Of a DNA stretch of 64,000 nucleotides, positions 25,101 to 40,100 are shown one piece after another. The stretch covers positions 310,001 to 374,000 of the forward strand of contig OZ024757.1 of NCBI GenBank assembly GCA_964016885.1, given 5' to 3'. The translations under genes and the position numbers were made by a program. The stretch is from Eledone cirrhosa. Its lineage: Eukaryota. The notes beneath the pieces were generated by a model. It searched no databases. It saw nothing but the letters and a program-made list of their open reading frames with translations, and had not been told where the DNA came from. Numbering within the stretch: position 1 is the first letter of the stretch; every line of letters starts with the position of its first letter.

Positions 25101-28100
25101 AGGGTGAAGACATTAGCTACTAGAGTGATATAGTGAGATTGGGTTGCAGACAGTAGCTACTAGGGTGAGAAAGTGACATTGGGGTGAAGACAATAGCTAC
25201 TAGGGTGAGATAGTGACATTAGAGTGAAGACAGTAGCTACTAGGGTGCGATAGTGACATTGGGGTGAAGACAGTAGCTACTAGGGTGAGATAGTGACATT
25301 GGGGTGAAGACAGTAGGTACTAGGGTGAGATATTGACATTGGGGTGAAGACAGTAGCTACTAGGGTGAGATAGTGACATTGGGGTGAAGACAGTAGCTAC
25401 AAGGGTGACATAGTGACATTGGGGTGAAGACATTAGCTACTAGGGTGCGATAGTGACATTGGGGTGAAGACTAGCTACTAGGGTGAGGTTGTGACATTGG
25501 GGTGAATACAGTAGGTACTAGGGTGAGATAGTGACATTGGGGTGAAGACAGTAGCTACAAGGGTGAGATCGTGACATTGGGGTGAAGACAGTAGATACTA
25601 GGGAAGATAGTGACATTAGGGTGAATACATTAGCTACTAGGGTGAGATAGTGACATTGGGGTGAAGACAATAGCTACAAGGGTTAGATAGTGACATTGGG
25701 TGAAGACAATAGCTACTAGGGTGAGAGAGTGACATTGGTGTGAAGACATTAGCTACTTGGGTGAGATAGTGACATTAGGGTGAAGACAGTAGCTACTAGG
25801 GTGAGATAGTGACATTGGGGTGAAGACAGTAGCTACAAGGGTGAGATCGTGACATTGGGGTGGAGACAGTAGCTACTAGGGTGAGATAGTGACATTGGGG
25901 TGAAGACAGTAGCTACTAGGGTGCGATAGTGACATTGGTTGAAGACAGTAGCTACTAGGGTGATTTAGTGACATTGGGGTGAAGACAGTAGCTACAAGGG
26001 TGAGATATTGACATTGGGGTGAAGACAGTAGCTACTAGGATGAGATATTGACATTGGGTGAAGACAGTAGCTACTAGGGTGAGATAGTGGCATTGGGGTG
26101 GAGACAATAGTTACTAGGGTGAGATAGTGACATTAGGGTACAGACAGTTGCTACTATTGTGAGATAGTGACATTGGGGTGAAGACAATAGCAACTAGGGT
26201 GAGATAGTGACATTGGGTGAAGACAATAGCTACTAGGGTGAGATAGTGACATTGGGGTGAAGAAAATAGCTACTAGGGGTGAGATAGTGACATTGGGGTG
26301 AAGACAATAGCTACTAGTCTGAGATAGTGAAATTGCGGTGAAGACAGTAGCTACTTGGGTGAGATAGTGATATTGGGGTGAAGACAGTAGCTACTCGGGT
26401 GAGATAGTGACATTAGGGTGAAGACATTAGCTACTAGAGTGATATAGTGAGATTGGGTTGCAGACAGTAGCTACTAGGGTGAGAAAGTGACGTTGGGGTA
26501 AAGACAGTAGCTACAAGGGTGAGATCGTGACATTGGGGTGAAGACAGTAGCTACTAGGGTGAGATATTGACATTGGGGTGAATACAGAAGCTACTAGGGT
26601 GAGATAGTGACATTGGGGTGAAGACAGTAGCTACAAGGGTGAGATCGTGACATTGGGGTGAAGACAGTAGATACTAGGGTAAGATAGTGACATTGTGGTG
26701 AAGATAGTAGCTACTAGGGTGAGATAGGGACATTGGGGTGACAACAGTAGCTACTAGGGTGAGATAGTGACATTAGGGTGAATACATTAGCTACTAGGGT
26801 AAGATAGTGACATTGGGGTGAAGACAGTAGCTACTAGGGTGAGAGAGTGACATTGGGGTGAAGACAATAGCTACAAGGGTTAGATAGTGACATTGGGTGA
26901 AGACAATAGCTACTAGGGTGAGAGAGTGACATTGGTGTGAAGACATTAGCTACTTGGGTGAGATAGTGACATTGGGGTGAAGACAGTAGCTACTAGGGTG
27001 AGATAGTGACATTGGGGTGAAGACAGTAGCTACAAGGGTGAGAGCGTGACTTTGGGGTGGAGACAGTAGCTACTAGGGTGAGATAGTGACATTGGGGTGA
27101 AGGCAGTAGCTACAAGGGTGAGATAGTGACATTGGGGTGAAGACAGTAGCTACAAGGGTGAGATCGTGACATTGGGGTGAAAACAGTAGCTACTAGGGTG
27201 AGATAGTGACATTGGGGTGAATACAGTAGCTACTAGGGTGCGATAGTGACATTGGTTGAAGACAGTAGCTAGTAGGGTGAGATAGTGACATTGGGGTGAA
27301 GACGGTAGCTACAAGGGTGAGATATTGACATTGGGGTGAAGACAGTAGCTACTAGGATGAGATATTGACATTGTGTGAAGACAGTAGCTACTAGGGTGAG
27401 ATAGTGACATTGGGGTGAATACAGTAGCTACTAGGGTGCGATAGTGACATTGGGTGAAGTCAGTAGCTACTAGGGTGAGATAGTGACATTGGGGTGAAGA
27501 CAGTAGCTACTAGGGTGAGATAGTGACATTGGGGTGGAGACAATAGTTACTAGGGTGAGATAGTGACATTAGGGTTCAGACAGTTGCTACTATGGTGAGA
27601 TAGTGACATTGGGGTGAAGACAATAGCAACTAGGGTGAGATAGTGACATTGGGTGAAGACAATAGCTACTAGGGTGAGATAGTGACATTGGGGTGAAGAC
27701 AGTAGCTACTAGGCGTGAGAAAGTGACATTGGGGTGAAGACAATAGCTACTAGGGTGAGATAGTGACATTGCGGTGAAGACAGTAGCTACTAGGGTGAGA
27801 TAGTGACATTGGGGTGAAGACAGTAGGTACTAGGGTGAGATATTGACATTGGGGTGAAGACAGTAGCTACTAGGGTGAGATAGTGACATTGGGGTGAAGA
27901 CAGTAGCTACTAGGGTGACATAGTGACATTGGGGTGAAGACATTAGCTACTAGGGTGCGATAGTGACATTGGGGTGAAGACTAGCTACTAGGGTGAGGTT
28001 GTGACATTGGGGTGAATACAGTAGGTACTAGGGTGAGATAGTGACATTGGGGTGAAGATAGTAGCTACAAGGGTGAGATCGTGACATTGGGGTGAAGACA

Positions 28101-31100
28101 GTAGATACTAGGGAAGATAGTGACATTAGGGTGAATACATTAGCTACTAGGGTGAGATAGTGACATTGGGGTGAAGACAGTAGCTACTAGGGTGAGATAG
28201 TGACATTGGGGTGAAGACAATAGCTACAAGGGTTAGATAGTGACATTGGGTGAAGACAATAGCTACTAGGGTGAGAGAGTGACATTGGTGTGAAGACATT
28301 AGCTACTTGGGTGAGATAGTGACATTAGGGTGAAGACAGTAGCTACTAGGGTGAGATAGTGACATTGGGGTGAAGACAGTAGCTACAAGGGTGAGATCGT
28401 GACATTGGGGTGGAGACAGTAGCTACTAGGGTGAGATAGTGACATTGGGGTGAAGACAGTAGCTACAAGGGTGAGATCGTGACATTGGGGTGAAGACAGT
28501 AGCTACTAGGGTGCGATAGTGACATTGGTTGAAGACAGTAGCTACTAGGGTGATTTAGTGACATTGGGGTGAAGACAGTAGCTACAAGGGTGAGATATTG
28601 ATATTGGGGTGAAGACAGTAGCTACTAGGATGAGATATTGACATTGGGTGAAGACAGTAGCTACTAGGGTGAGATAGTGACATTGGGGTGGAGACAATAG
28701 TTACTAGGGTGAGATAGTGACATTAGGGTACAGACAGTTGCTACTATGGTGAGATAGTGACATTGGGGTGAAGACAATAGCAACTAGGGTGAGATAGTGA
28801 CATTGGGTGAAGACAATAGCTACTAGGGTGAGATAGTGACATTGGGGTGAAGAAAATAGCTACTAGGGGTGAGATAGTGACATTGGGCTGAAGACAATAG
28901 CTACTAGTCTGAGATAGTGAAATTGCGGTGAAGACAGTAGCTACTTGGGTGAGATAGTGATATTGGGGTGAAGACAGTAGCTACTAGGGTGAGATAGTGA
29001 CATTAGGGTGAAGACATTAGCTACTAGAGTGATATAGTGAGATTGGTTTGCAGACAGTCGCTACTAGGGTGAGAAAGTGACGTTGGGGTAAAGACAGTAG
29101 CTACAAGGGTGAGATCGTGGCATTGGGGTGAAGACAGTAGCTACTAGGGTGAGATATTGACATTGGGGTGAATACAGTAGCTACTAGGGTGAGATAGTGA
29201 CATTGGGGTGAAGACAGTAGCTACAAGGGTGAGATCGTGACATTGGGGTGAAGACAGTAGATACTAGGGTAAGATAGTGACATTGTGGTGAAGATAGTAG
29301 CTACTAGGGTGAGATAGGGACATTGGGGTGACAACAGTAGCTACTAGGGTGAGATAGTGACATTAGGGTGAATACATTAGCTACTAGGGTAAGATAGTGA
29401 CATTGGGGTGAAGACAGTAGCTACTAGGGTGAGAGAGTGACATTGGGGTGAAGACAATAGCTACAAGGGTTAGATAGTGACATTGGGTGAAGACAATAGC
29501 TACTAGGGTGAGAGAGTGACATTGGTGTGAAGACATTAGCTACTTGGGTGAGATAGTGACATTGGGGTGAAGACAGTAGCTACTAGGGTGCGATAGTGAC
29601 ATTGGGGTGAAGACAGTAGCTACAAGGGTGAGAGCGTGACTTTTGGGTGGAGACAGTAGCTACTAGGGTGAGATAGTGACATTGGGGTGAAGGCAGTAGC
29701 TACAAGGGTGAGATAGTGACATTGGGGTGAAGACCGTAGCTACAAGGGTGAGATCGTGACATTGGTGTGAAGACAGTAGCTACTAGGGTGAGATAGTGAC
29801 TTTGGGGTGAATACAGTAGCTACTAGGGTGCGATAGTGACATTGGTTGAAGACAGTAGCTAGTAGGGTGACATAGTGACATTGGGGTGAAGACGGTAGCT
29901 ACAAGGGTGAGATATTGACATTGGGGTGAAGACAGTAGCTACTAGGATGAGATATTGACATTGTGTGAAGACAGTAGCTACTAGGGTGAGATAGTGACAT
30001 TGGGGTGAATACAGTAGCTACTAGGGTGCGATAGTGACATTGGGTGAAGACAGTAGCTACTAGGGTGAGATAGTGACATTGGGGTGAAGACAGTAGCTAC
30101 TAGGGTGAGATAGTGACATTGGGGTGGAGACAATAGTTACTAGGGTGAGATAGTGACATTAGGGTACAGACAGTTGCTACTATGGTGAGATACTGACATT
30201 GGGGTGAAGACAATAGCAACTAGGGTGAGATAGTGACATTGGGTGAAGACAATAGCTACTAGGGTGAGATAGTGACATTGGGGTGAAGACAGTAGCTACA
30301 AGGGTGAGATCGTGACATTGGGGTGGAGACAGTAGCTACTAGGGTGAGATAGTGACATTGGGGTGAAGACAGTAGCTACAAGGGTGAGATCGTGACATTG
30401 GGGTGAAGACAGTAGCTACTAGGGTGCGATAGTGACATTGGTTGAAGACAGTAGCTACTAGGGTGATTTAGTGACATTGGGGTGAAGACAGTAGCTACAA
30501 GGGTGAGATATTGACATTGGGGTGAAGACAGTAGCTACTAGGATGAGATATTGACATTGGGTGAAGACAGTAGCTACTAGGGTGAGATAGTGACATTGGG
30601 GTGGAGACAATAGTTACTAGGGTGAGATAGTGACATTAGGGTACAGACAGTTGCTACTATGGTGAGATAGTGACATTGGGGTGAAGACAATAGCAACTAG
30701 GGTGAGATAGTGACATTGGGTGAAGACAATAGCTACTAGGGTGAGATAGTGACATTGGGGTGAAGAAAATAGCTACTAGGGGTGAGATAGTGACATTGGG
30801 CTGAAGACAATAGCTACTAGTCTGAGATAGTGAAATTGCGGTGAAGACAGTAGCTACTTGGGTGAGATAGTGATATTGGGGTGAAGACAGTAGCTACTAG
30901 GGTGAGATAGTGACATTAGGGTGAAGACATTAGCTACTAGAGTGATATAGTGAGATTGGGTTGCAGACAGTAGCTACTAGGGTGAGAAAGTGACATTGTG
31001 TGAAGACAGTAGCTACTAGGGTGAGATAGTGACATTGGGGTGAATACAGTAGCTACTAGGGTGCGATAGTGACATTGGGTGAAGACAGTAGCTACTAGGG

Positions 31101-34100
31101 TGAGATAGTGACATTGGGGTGAAGACAGTAGCTACTAGGGTGAGATAGTGACATTGGGGTGGAGACAATAGTTACTAGGGTGAGATAGTGACATTAGGGT
31201 ACAGACAGTTGCTACTATGGTGAGATAGTGACATTGGGGTGAAGACAATAGCAACTAGGGTGAGATAGTGACATTGGGTGAAGACAATAGCTACTAGGGT
31301 GAGATAGTGACATTGGGGTGAAGACAGTAGCTACAAGGGTGAGATCGTGACATTGGGGTGGAGACAGTAGCTACTAGGGTGAGATAGTGACATTGGGGTG
31401 AAGACAGTAGCTACAAGGGTGAGATCGTGACATTGCGGTGAAGACAGTAGCTACTAGGGTGCGATAGTGACATTGGTTGAAGACAGTAGCTACTAGGGTG
31501 ATTTAGTGACATTGGGGTGAAGACAGTAGCTACAAGGGTGAGATATTGACATTGGGGTGAAGACAGTAGCTACTAGGATGAGATATTGACATTGGGTGAA
31601 GACAGTAGCTACTAGGGTGAGATAGTGACATTGGGGTGGAGACAATAGTTACTAGGGTGAGATAGTGACATTAGGGTACAGACAGTTGCTACTATGGTGA
31701 GATAGTGACATTGGGGTGAAGACAATTGCAACTAGGGTGAGATAGTGACATTGGGTGAAGACAATAGCTACTAGGGTGAGATAGTGACATTGGGGTGAAG
31801 AAAATAGCTACTAGGGGTGAGATAGTGACATTGGGCTGAAGACAATAGCTACTAGTCTGAGATAGTGAAATTGCGGTGAAGACAGTAGCTACTTGGGTGA
31901 GATAGTGATATTGGGGTGAAGACAGTAGCTACTAGGGTGAGATAGTGACATTAGGGTGAAGACATTAGCTACTAGAGTGATATAGTGAGATTGGGTTGCA
32001 GACAGTAGCTACTAGGGTGAGAAAGTGACGTTGGGGTAAAGACAGTAGCTACAAGGGTGAGATCGTGGCATTGGGGTGAAGACAGTAGCTACTAGGGTGA
32101 GATATTGACATTGGGGTGAATACAGTAGCTACTAGGGTGAGATAGTGACATTCGGGTGAAGACAGTAGCTACAAGGGTGAGATCGTGACATTGGGGTGAA
32201 GACAGTAGAGACTAGGGTAAGATAGTGACATTGTGGTGAAGATAGTAGCTACTAGGGTGAGATAGGGACATTGGGGTGACAACAGTAGCTACTAGGGTGA
32301 GATAGTGACATTAGGGTGAATACATTAGCTACTAGGGTAAGATAGTGACATTGGGGTGAAGACAGTAGCTACTAGGGTGAGAGAGTGACATTGGGGTGAA
32401 GACAATAGCTACAAGGGTTAGATAGTGACATTGGGTGAAGACAATAGCTACTAGGGTGAGAGAGTGACATTGGTGTGAAGACATTAGCTACTTGGGTGAG
32501 ATAGTGACATTGGGGTGAAGACAGTAGCTACTAGGGTGCGATAGTGACATTGGGGTGAAGACAGTAGCTACAAGGGTGAGAGCGTGACTTTGGGGTGGAG
32601 ACAGTAGCTACTAGGGTGAGATAGTGACATTGGGGTGAAGGCAGTAGCTACAAGGGTGAGATAGTGACATTGGGGTGAAGACCGTAGCTACAAGGGTGAG
32701 ATCGTGACATTGGTGTGAAGACAGTAGCTACTAGGGTGAGATAGTGACTTTGGGGTGAATACAGTAGCTACTAGGGTGCGATAGTGACATTGGTTGAAGA
32801 CAGTAGCTAGTAGGGTGACATAGTGACATTGGGGTGAAGACGGTAGCTACAAGGGTGAGATATTGACATTGGGGTGAAGACAGTAGCTACTAGGATGAGA
32901 TATTGACATTGTGTGAAGACAGTAGCTACTAGGGTGAGATAGTGACATTGGGGTGAATACAGTAGCTACTAGGGTGCGATAGTGACATTGGGTGAAGACA
33001 GTAGCTACTAGGGTGAGATAGTGACATTGGGGTGAAGACAGTAGCTACTAGGGTGAGATAGTGACATTGGGGTGGAGACAATAGTTACTAGGGTGAGATA
33101 GTGACATTAGGGTACAGACAGTTGCTACTATGGTGAGATAGTGACATTGGGGTGAAGACAATAGCAACTAGGGTGAGATAGTGACATTGGGTGTAGACAA
33201 TAGCTACTAGGGTGAGATAGTGACATTGGGGTGAAGACAGTAGCTACTAGGCGTGAGAGAGTGACATTGGGGTGAAGACAATAGCTACTAGGGTGAGATA
33301 GTGACATTGCGGTGAAGACAGTAGCTACTTGGGTGAGATAGTGATATTGGGGTGAAGACAGTAGCTACTAGGGTGAGATAGTGACATTAGGGTGAAGACA
33401 TTAGCTACTAGAGTGATATAGTGAGATTGGGTTGCAGACAGTAGCTACTAGGGTGAGAAAGTGACATTGGGGTGAAGACAATAGCTACTAGGGTGAGATA
33501 GTGACATTAGAGTGAAGACAGTAGCTACTAGGGTGCGATAGTGACATTGGGGTGAAGACAGTAGCTAATAGGGTGAGATAGTGACATTGGGGTGAAGACA
33601 GTAGGTACTAGGGTGAGATATTGACATTGGGGTGAAGACAGTAGCTACTAGGGTGAGATAGTGACATTGGGGTGAAGACAGTAGCTACTAGGGTGACATA
33701 GTGACATTGGGGTGAAGACATTAGCTACTAGGGTGCGATAGTGACATTGGGGTGAAGACTAGCTACTAGGGTGAGGTTGTGACATTGGGGTGAATACAGT
33801 AGGTACTAGGGTGAGATAGTGACATTGGGGTGAAGACAGTAGCTACAAGGGTGAGATCGTGACATTGGGGTGAAGACAGTAGATACTAGGGTAAGATAGT
33901 GACATTAGGGTGAATACATTAGCTACTAGGGTGAGATAGTGACATTGGGGTGAAGACAGTAGCTACTAGGGTGAGATAGTGACATTGGGGTGAAGACAAT
34001 AGCTACAAGGGTTAGATAGTGACATTGGGTGAAGACAATAGCTACTAGGGTGAGAGAGTGACATTGGTGTGAAGACATTAGCTACTTGGGTGAGATAGTG

Positions 34101-37100
34101 ACATTAGGGTGAAGACAGTAGCTACTAGGGTGAGAAAGTGACGTTGGGGTAAAGACAGTAGCTACAAGGGTGAGATCGTGGCATTGGGGTGAAGACAGTA
34201 GCTACTAGGGTGAGATATTGACATTGGGGTGAATACAGTAGCTACTAGGGTGAGATAGTGACATTCGGGTGAAGACAGTAGCTACAAGGGTGAGATCGTG
34301 ACATTGGGGTGAAGACAGTAGATACTAGGGTAAGATAGTGACATTGTGGTGAAGATAGTAGCTACTAGGGTGAGATAGGGACATTGGGGTGACAACAGTA
34401 GCTACTAGGGTGAGATAGTGACATTAGGGTGAATACATTAGCTACTAGGGTAAGATAGTGACATTGGGGTGAAGACAGTAGCTACTAGGGTGAGAGAGTG
34501 ACATTGGGGTGAAGACAATAGCTACAAGGGTTAGATAGTGACATTGGGTGAAGACAATAGCTACTAGGGTGAGAGAGTGACATTGGTGTGAAGACATTAG
34601 CTACTTGGGTGAGATAGTGACATTGGGGTGAAGACAGTAGCTACTAGGGTGCGATAGTGACATTGGGGTGAAGACAGTAGCTACAAGGGTGAGAGCGTGA
34701 CTTTGGGGTGGAGACAGTAGCTACTAGGGTGAGATAGTGACATTGGGGTGAAGGCAGTAGCTACAAGGGTGAGATAGTGACATTGGGGTGAAGACCGTAG
34801 CTACAAGGGTGAGATCGTGACATTGGTGTGAAGACAGTAGCTACTAGGGTGAGATAGTGACTTTGGGGTGAATACAGTAGCTACTAGGGTGCGATAGTGA
34901 CATTGGTTGAAGACAGTAGCTAGTAGGGTGACATAGTGACATTGGGGTGAAGACGGTAGCTACAAGGGTGAGATATTGACATTGGGGTGAAGACAGTAGC
35001 TACTAGGATGAGATATTGACATTGTGTGAAGACAGTAGCTACTAGGGTGAGATAGTGACATTGGGGTGAATACAGTAGCTACTAGGGTGCGATAGTGACA
35101 TTGGGTGAAGACAGTAGCTACTAGGGTGAGATAGTGACATTGGGGTGAAGACAGTAGCTACTAGGGTGAGATAGTGACATTGGGGTGGAGACAATAGTTA
35201 CTAGGGTGAGATAGTGACATTAGGGTACAGACAGTTGCTACTATGGTGAGATAGTGACATTGGGGTGAAGACAATAGCAACTAGGGTGAGATAGTGACAT
35301 TGGGTGAAGACAATAGCTACTAGGGTGAGATAGTGACATTGGGGTGAAGACAGTAGCTACTAGGCGTGAGAGAGTGACATTGGGGTGAAGACAATAGCTA
35401 CTAGGGTGAGATAGTGACATTGCGGTGAAGACAGTAGCTACTTGGGTGAGATAGTGATATTGGGGTGAAGACAGTAGCTACTAGGGTGAGATAGTGACAT
35501 TAGGGTGAAGACATTAGCTACTAGAGTGATATAGTGAGATTGGGTTGCAGACAGTAGCTACTAGGGTGAGAAAGTGACATTGGGGTGAAGACAATAGCTA
35601 CTAGGGTGAGATAGTGACATTAGAGTGAAGACAGTAGCTACTAGGGTGCGATAGTGACATTGGGGTGAAGACAGTAGGTACTAGGGTGAGATATTGACAT
35701 TGGGGTGAAGACAGTAGCTACTAGGGTGAGATAGTGACATTGGGGTGAAGACAGTAGCTACTAGGGTGACATAGTGACATTGGGGTGAAGACATTAGCTA
35801 CTAGGGTGCGATAGTGACATTGGGGTGAAGACTAGCTACTAGGGTGAGGTTGTGACATTGGGGTGAATACAGTAGGTACTAGGGTGAGATAGTGACATTG
35901 GGGTGAAGACAGTAGCTACAAGGGTGAGATCGTGACATTGGGGTGAAGACAGTAGATACTAGGGTAAGATAGTGACATTAGGGTGAATACATTAGCTACT
36001 AGGGTGAGATAGTGACATTGGGGTGAAGACAGTAGCTACTAGGGTGAGATAGTGACATTGGGGTGAAGACAATAGCTACAAGGGTTAGATAGTGACATTG
36101 GGTGAAGACAATAGCTACTAGGGTGAGAGAGTGACATTGGTGTGAAGACATTAGCTACTTGGGTGAGATAGTGACATTGGGGTGAAGACAGTAGCTACAA
36201 GGGTGAGATCGTGACATTGGGGTGAAGACAGTAGCTACTAGGGTGCGATAGTGACATTGGTTGAAGGCAGTAGCTACTAGGGTGATTTAGTGACATTGGG
36301 GTGAAGACAGTAGCTACAAGGGTGAGATATTGACATTGGGGTGAAGACAGTAGCTACTAGGGTGCGATAGTGACATTGTGTGAAGACAGTAGCTACTAGG
36401 GTGAGATAGTGACATTGGGGTGAAGACAGTAGCTACTAGGGTGAGATAGTGACATTGGGGTGGAGACAATAGTTACTAGGGTGAGATAGTGACATTAGGG
36501 TACAGACAGTTGCTACTATGGTGAGATAGTGACATTGGGGTGAAGACAATAGCAACTAGGGTGAGATAGTGACATTGGGGTGAAGACAGTAGCTACAAGG
36601 GTGAGATCGTGACATTGGGGTGAAGACAGTAGATACTAGGGTAAGATAGTGACATTAGGGTGAATACATTAGCTACTAGGGTGAGATAGTGACATTGGGG
36701 TGAAGACAGTAGCTACTAGGGTGAGATAGTGACATTGGGGTGAAGACAATAGCTACAAGGGTTAGATAGTGACATTGGGTGAAGACAATAGCTACTAGGG
36801 TGAGAGAGTGACATTGGTGTGAAGACATTAGCTACTTGGGTGAGATAGTGACATTAGGGTGAAGACAGTAGCTACTAGGGTGATATAGTGACATTGGGGT
36901 GAAGACAGTAGCTACAAGGGTGAGATCGTGACATTGGGGTGGAGACAGTAGCTACTAGGGTGAGATAGTGACATTGGGGTGAAGACAGTAGCTACAAGGG
37001 TGAGATCGTGACATTGGGGTGAAGACAGTAGCTACTAGGGTGCGATAGTGACATTGGTTGAAGGCAGTAGCTACTAGGGTGATTTATTGACATTGGGGTG

Positions 37101-40100
37101 AAGACAGTAGCTACTAGGGTGCGATAGTGACATTGTGTGAAGACAGTAGCTACTAGGGTGAGATAGTGACATTGGGGTGAAGACAGTAGCTACTAGGGTG
37201 AGATAGTGACATTGGGGTGGAGACAATAGTTACTAGGGTGAGATAGTGACATTAGGGTACAGACAGTTGCTACTATGGTGAGATAGTGACATTGGGGTGA
37301 AGACAATAGCAACTAGGGTGAGATAGTGACATTGGGTGAAGACAATAGCTACTAGGGTGAGATAGTGACATTGGGGTGAAGACAGTAGCTACTAGGGGTG
37401 AGATAGTGACATTGGAGTGAAGACAATAGCTACTAGGGTGAGATAGTGACATTGCGGTGAAGACAGTGGCTACTTGGGTGAGATAGTGATATTGGGGTGA
37501 AGACAGTAGCTACTAGGGTGAGATAGTGACATTAGGGTGAAGACATTAGCTACTAGAGTGATATAGTGAGATTGGGTTGCAGACAGTAGCTACTAGGGTG
37601 AGAAAGTGACATTGGGGTGAAGACAATAGCTACTAGGGTGAGATAGTGACATTAGAGTGAAGACAGTAGCTACTAGGGTGCGATAGTGACATTGGGGTGA
37701 AGACAGTAGGTACTAGGGTGAGATATTGACATTGCGGTGAAGACAGTAGCTACTAGGGTGAGATAGTGACATTGGGGTGAAGACAGTAGCTACTAGGGTG
37801 ACATAGTGACATTGGGATGAAGACATTAGCTGCTAGGGTGCGATAGTGACATTCGGGTGAAGACTAGCTACTAGGGTGAGGTTGTGACATTGGGGTGAAT
37901 ACAGTAGGTTCTAGGCTGAGATAGTGACATTGGGGTGAAGACAGTAGCTACAAGGGTGAGATCGTGACATTGGGGTGAAGACAGTAGATACTAGGGTAAG
38001 ATAGTGACATTGGGGTGAAGACAATAGCTACAAGGGTTAGATAGTGACATTGGGTGAAGACAATAGCTACTAGGGTGAGAGAGTGACATTGGTGTGAAGA
38101 CATTAGCTACTTGGGTGAGATAGTGACATTAGGGTGAAGACAGTAGCTACTAGGGTGATATAGTGACATTGGGGTGAAGACAGTAGCTACAAGGGTGAGA
38201 TCGTGACATTGGGGTGAAGACAGTAGCTACTAGGGTGAGATATTGACATTGGGGTGAAGACAGTAGCTACTAGGGTGAGATAGTGACATTGGGGTGGAGA
38301 CAGTAGCTACTATGGTGAGATAGTGACATTGGGGTGAAGACAGTAGCTACAAGGGTGAGATCGTGACATTGGAGTGAAGACAGTAGCTACTAGGGTGAGA
38401 TATTGACATTGGTGTGAAGACAGTAGCTACTAGGGTGAGATATTGACATTGGGTGAAGACAGTAGCTACTAGGGTGAGATAGTGACATTGGGGTGAAGAC
38501 AGTAGCTACTAGGGTGAGGTAGTGACATTGGGTGAAGACAGTAGCTACTAGGGTGAGATAGTGACATTGGGGTGAAGACAGTAGCTACTAGGGTGAGATA
38601 GTGACATTGGGTGAAGACAAAAGCTACTAGGGTGAGAGAGTGACATTGGTCTGAAGACATTAGCTACTTGGGTGAGATAGTGACATTAGGGTGAAGACAG
38701 TAGCTACTAGGGTGAGATAGTGACATTGGGGTGAAGACAGTAGCTACAAGGGTGAGATCGTGACATTGGGGTGAAGACAGTAGCTACTAGGGTGAGATAT
38801 TGACATTGGGGTGAATACAGTAGCTACTAGGGTGAGATAGTGACATTGGGGTGAAGACAGTAGCTACAAGGGTGAGATCGTGACATTGGGGTGAAGACAG
38901 TAGATACTAGGGTAAGATAGTGACATTGGGGTGAAGACAGTAGCTACTAGGGTGAGATAGGGACATTGGGTGACAACAGTAGCTACTAGGGTGAGATAGT
39001 GACATTAGGGTGAATACAATAGCTACTAGGGTGAGATAGTGACAATGGGGTGAAGACAGAAGCTACTAGGGTGAGATAGTGACATTGGGGTTAAGACAAT
39101 AGCTACAAAGGTTAGATAGTGACATTGGGTGAAGACAATAGCTACTAGGGTGAGAGAGTGACATTGGTGTGAAGACATTAGCTACTTGGGTGAGATAGTG
39201 ACATTAGGGTGAAGACAGTAGCTACTAGGGTGAGATAGTGACATTGGGGTGAAGACAGTAGCTACAAGGGTGAGATCGTGACATTGGGGTGAAGACAGTA
39301 GCTACTAGGGTGAGATATTGACATTGGGGTGAAGACAGTAGCTACTAGGATGAGATATTGACATTGGGTGAAGACAGTAGCTACTAGGGTGAGATAGTGA
39401 CATTGGGGTGAAGACAGTAGCTACTAGGGGTGAGATAGTGACATTGGGGTGAAGACAATAGCTACTAGGGTGAGATAGTGACATTGCGTTGAAGACAGTA
39501 GCTACTTGGGTGAGATAGTGATATTGGGGTGAAGACAGTAGCTACTAGGGTGAGATAGTGACATTAGGGTGAAGACATTAGCTACTAGAGTGATATAGTG
39601 AGATTGGGTTGCAGACAGTAGCTACTAGGGTGAGAAAGTGACATTGGGGTGAAGACAATAGCTACTAGGGTGAGATAGTGACATTAGAGTGAAGACAGTA
39701 GCTACTAGGGTGCGATAGTGACATTGGGGTGAAGACAGTAGGTACTAGGGTGAGATATTGACATTGGGGTGAAGACAGTAGCTACTAGGGTGAGATAGTG
39801 ACATTGGGGTGAAGACAGTAGCTACTAGGGTGACATAGTGACATTGGGATGAAGACATTAGCTACTAGGGTGCGATAGTGACATTGGGGTGAAGACTAGC
39901 TACTAGGGTGAGGTTGTGACATTGGGGTGAATACAGTAGGTTCTAGGCTGATATAGTGACATTGGGGTGAAGACAGTAGCTACAAGGGTGAGATCGTGAC
40001 ATTGGGGTGAAGACAGTAGATACCAGGGTAAGATAGTGACATTGGGGTGAAGACAATAGCTACAAGGGTTAGATAGTGACATTGGGTGAAGACAATAGCT

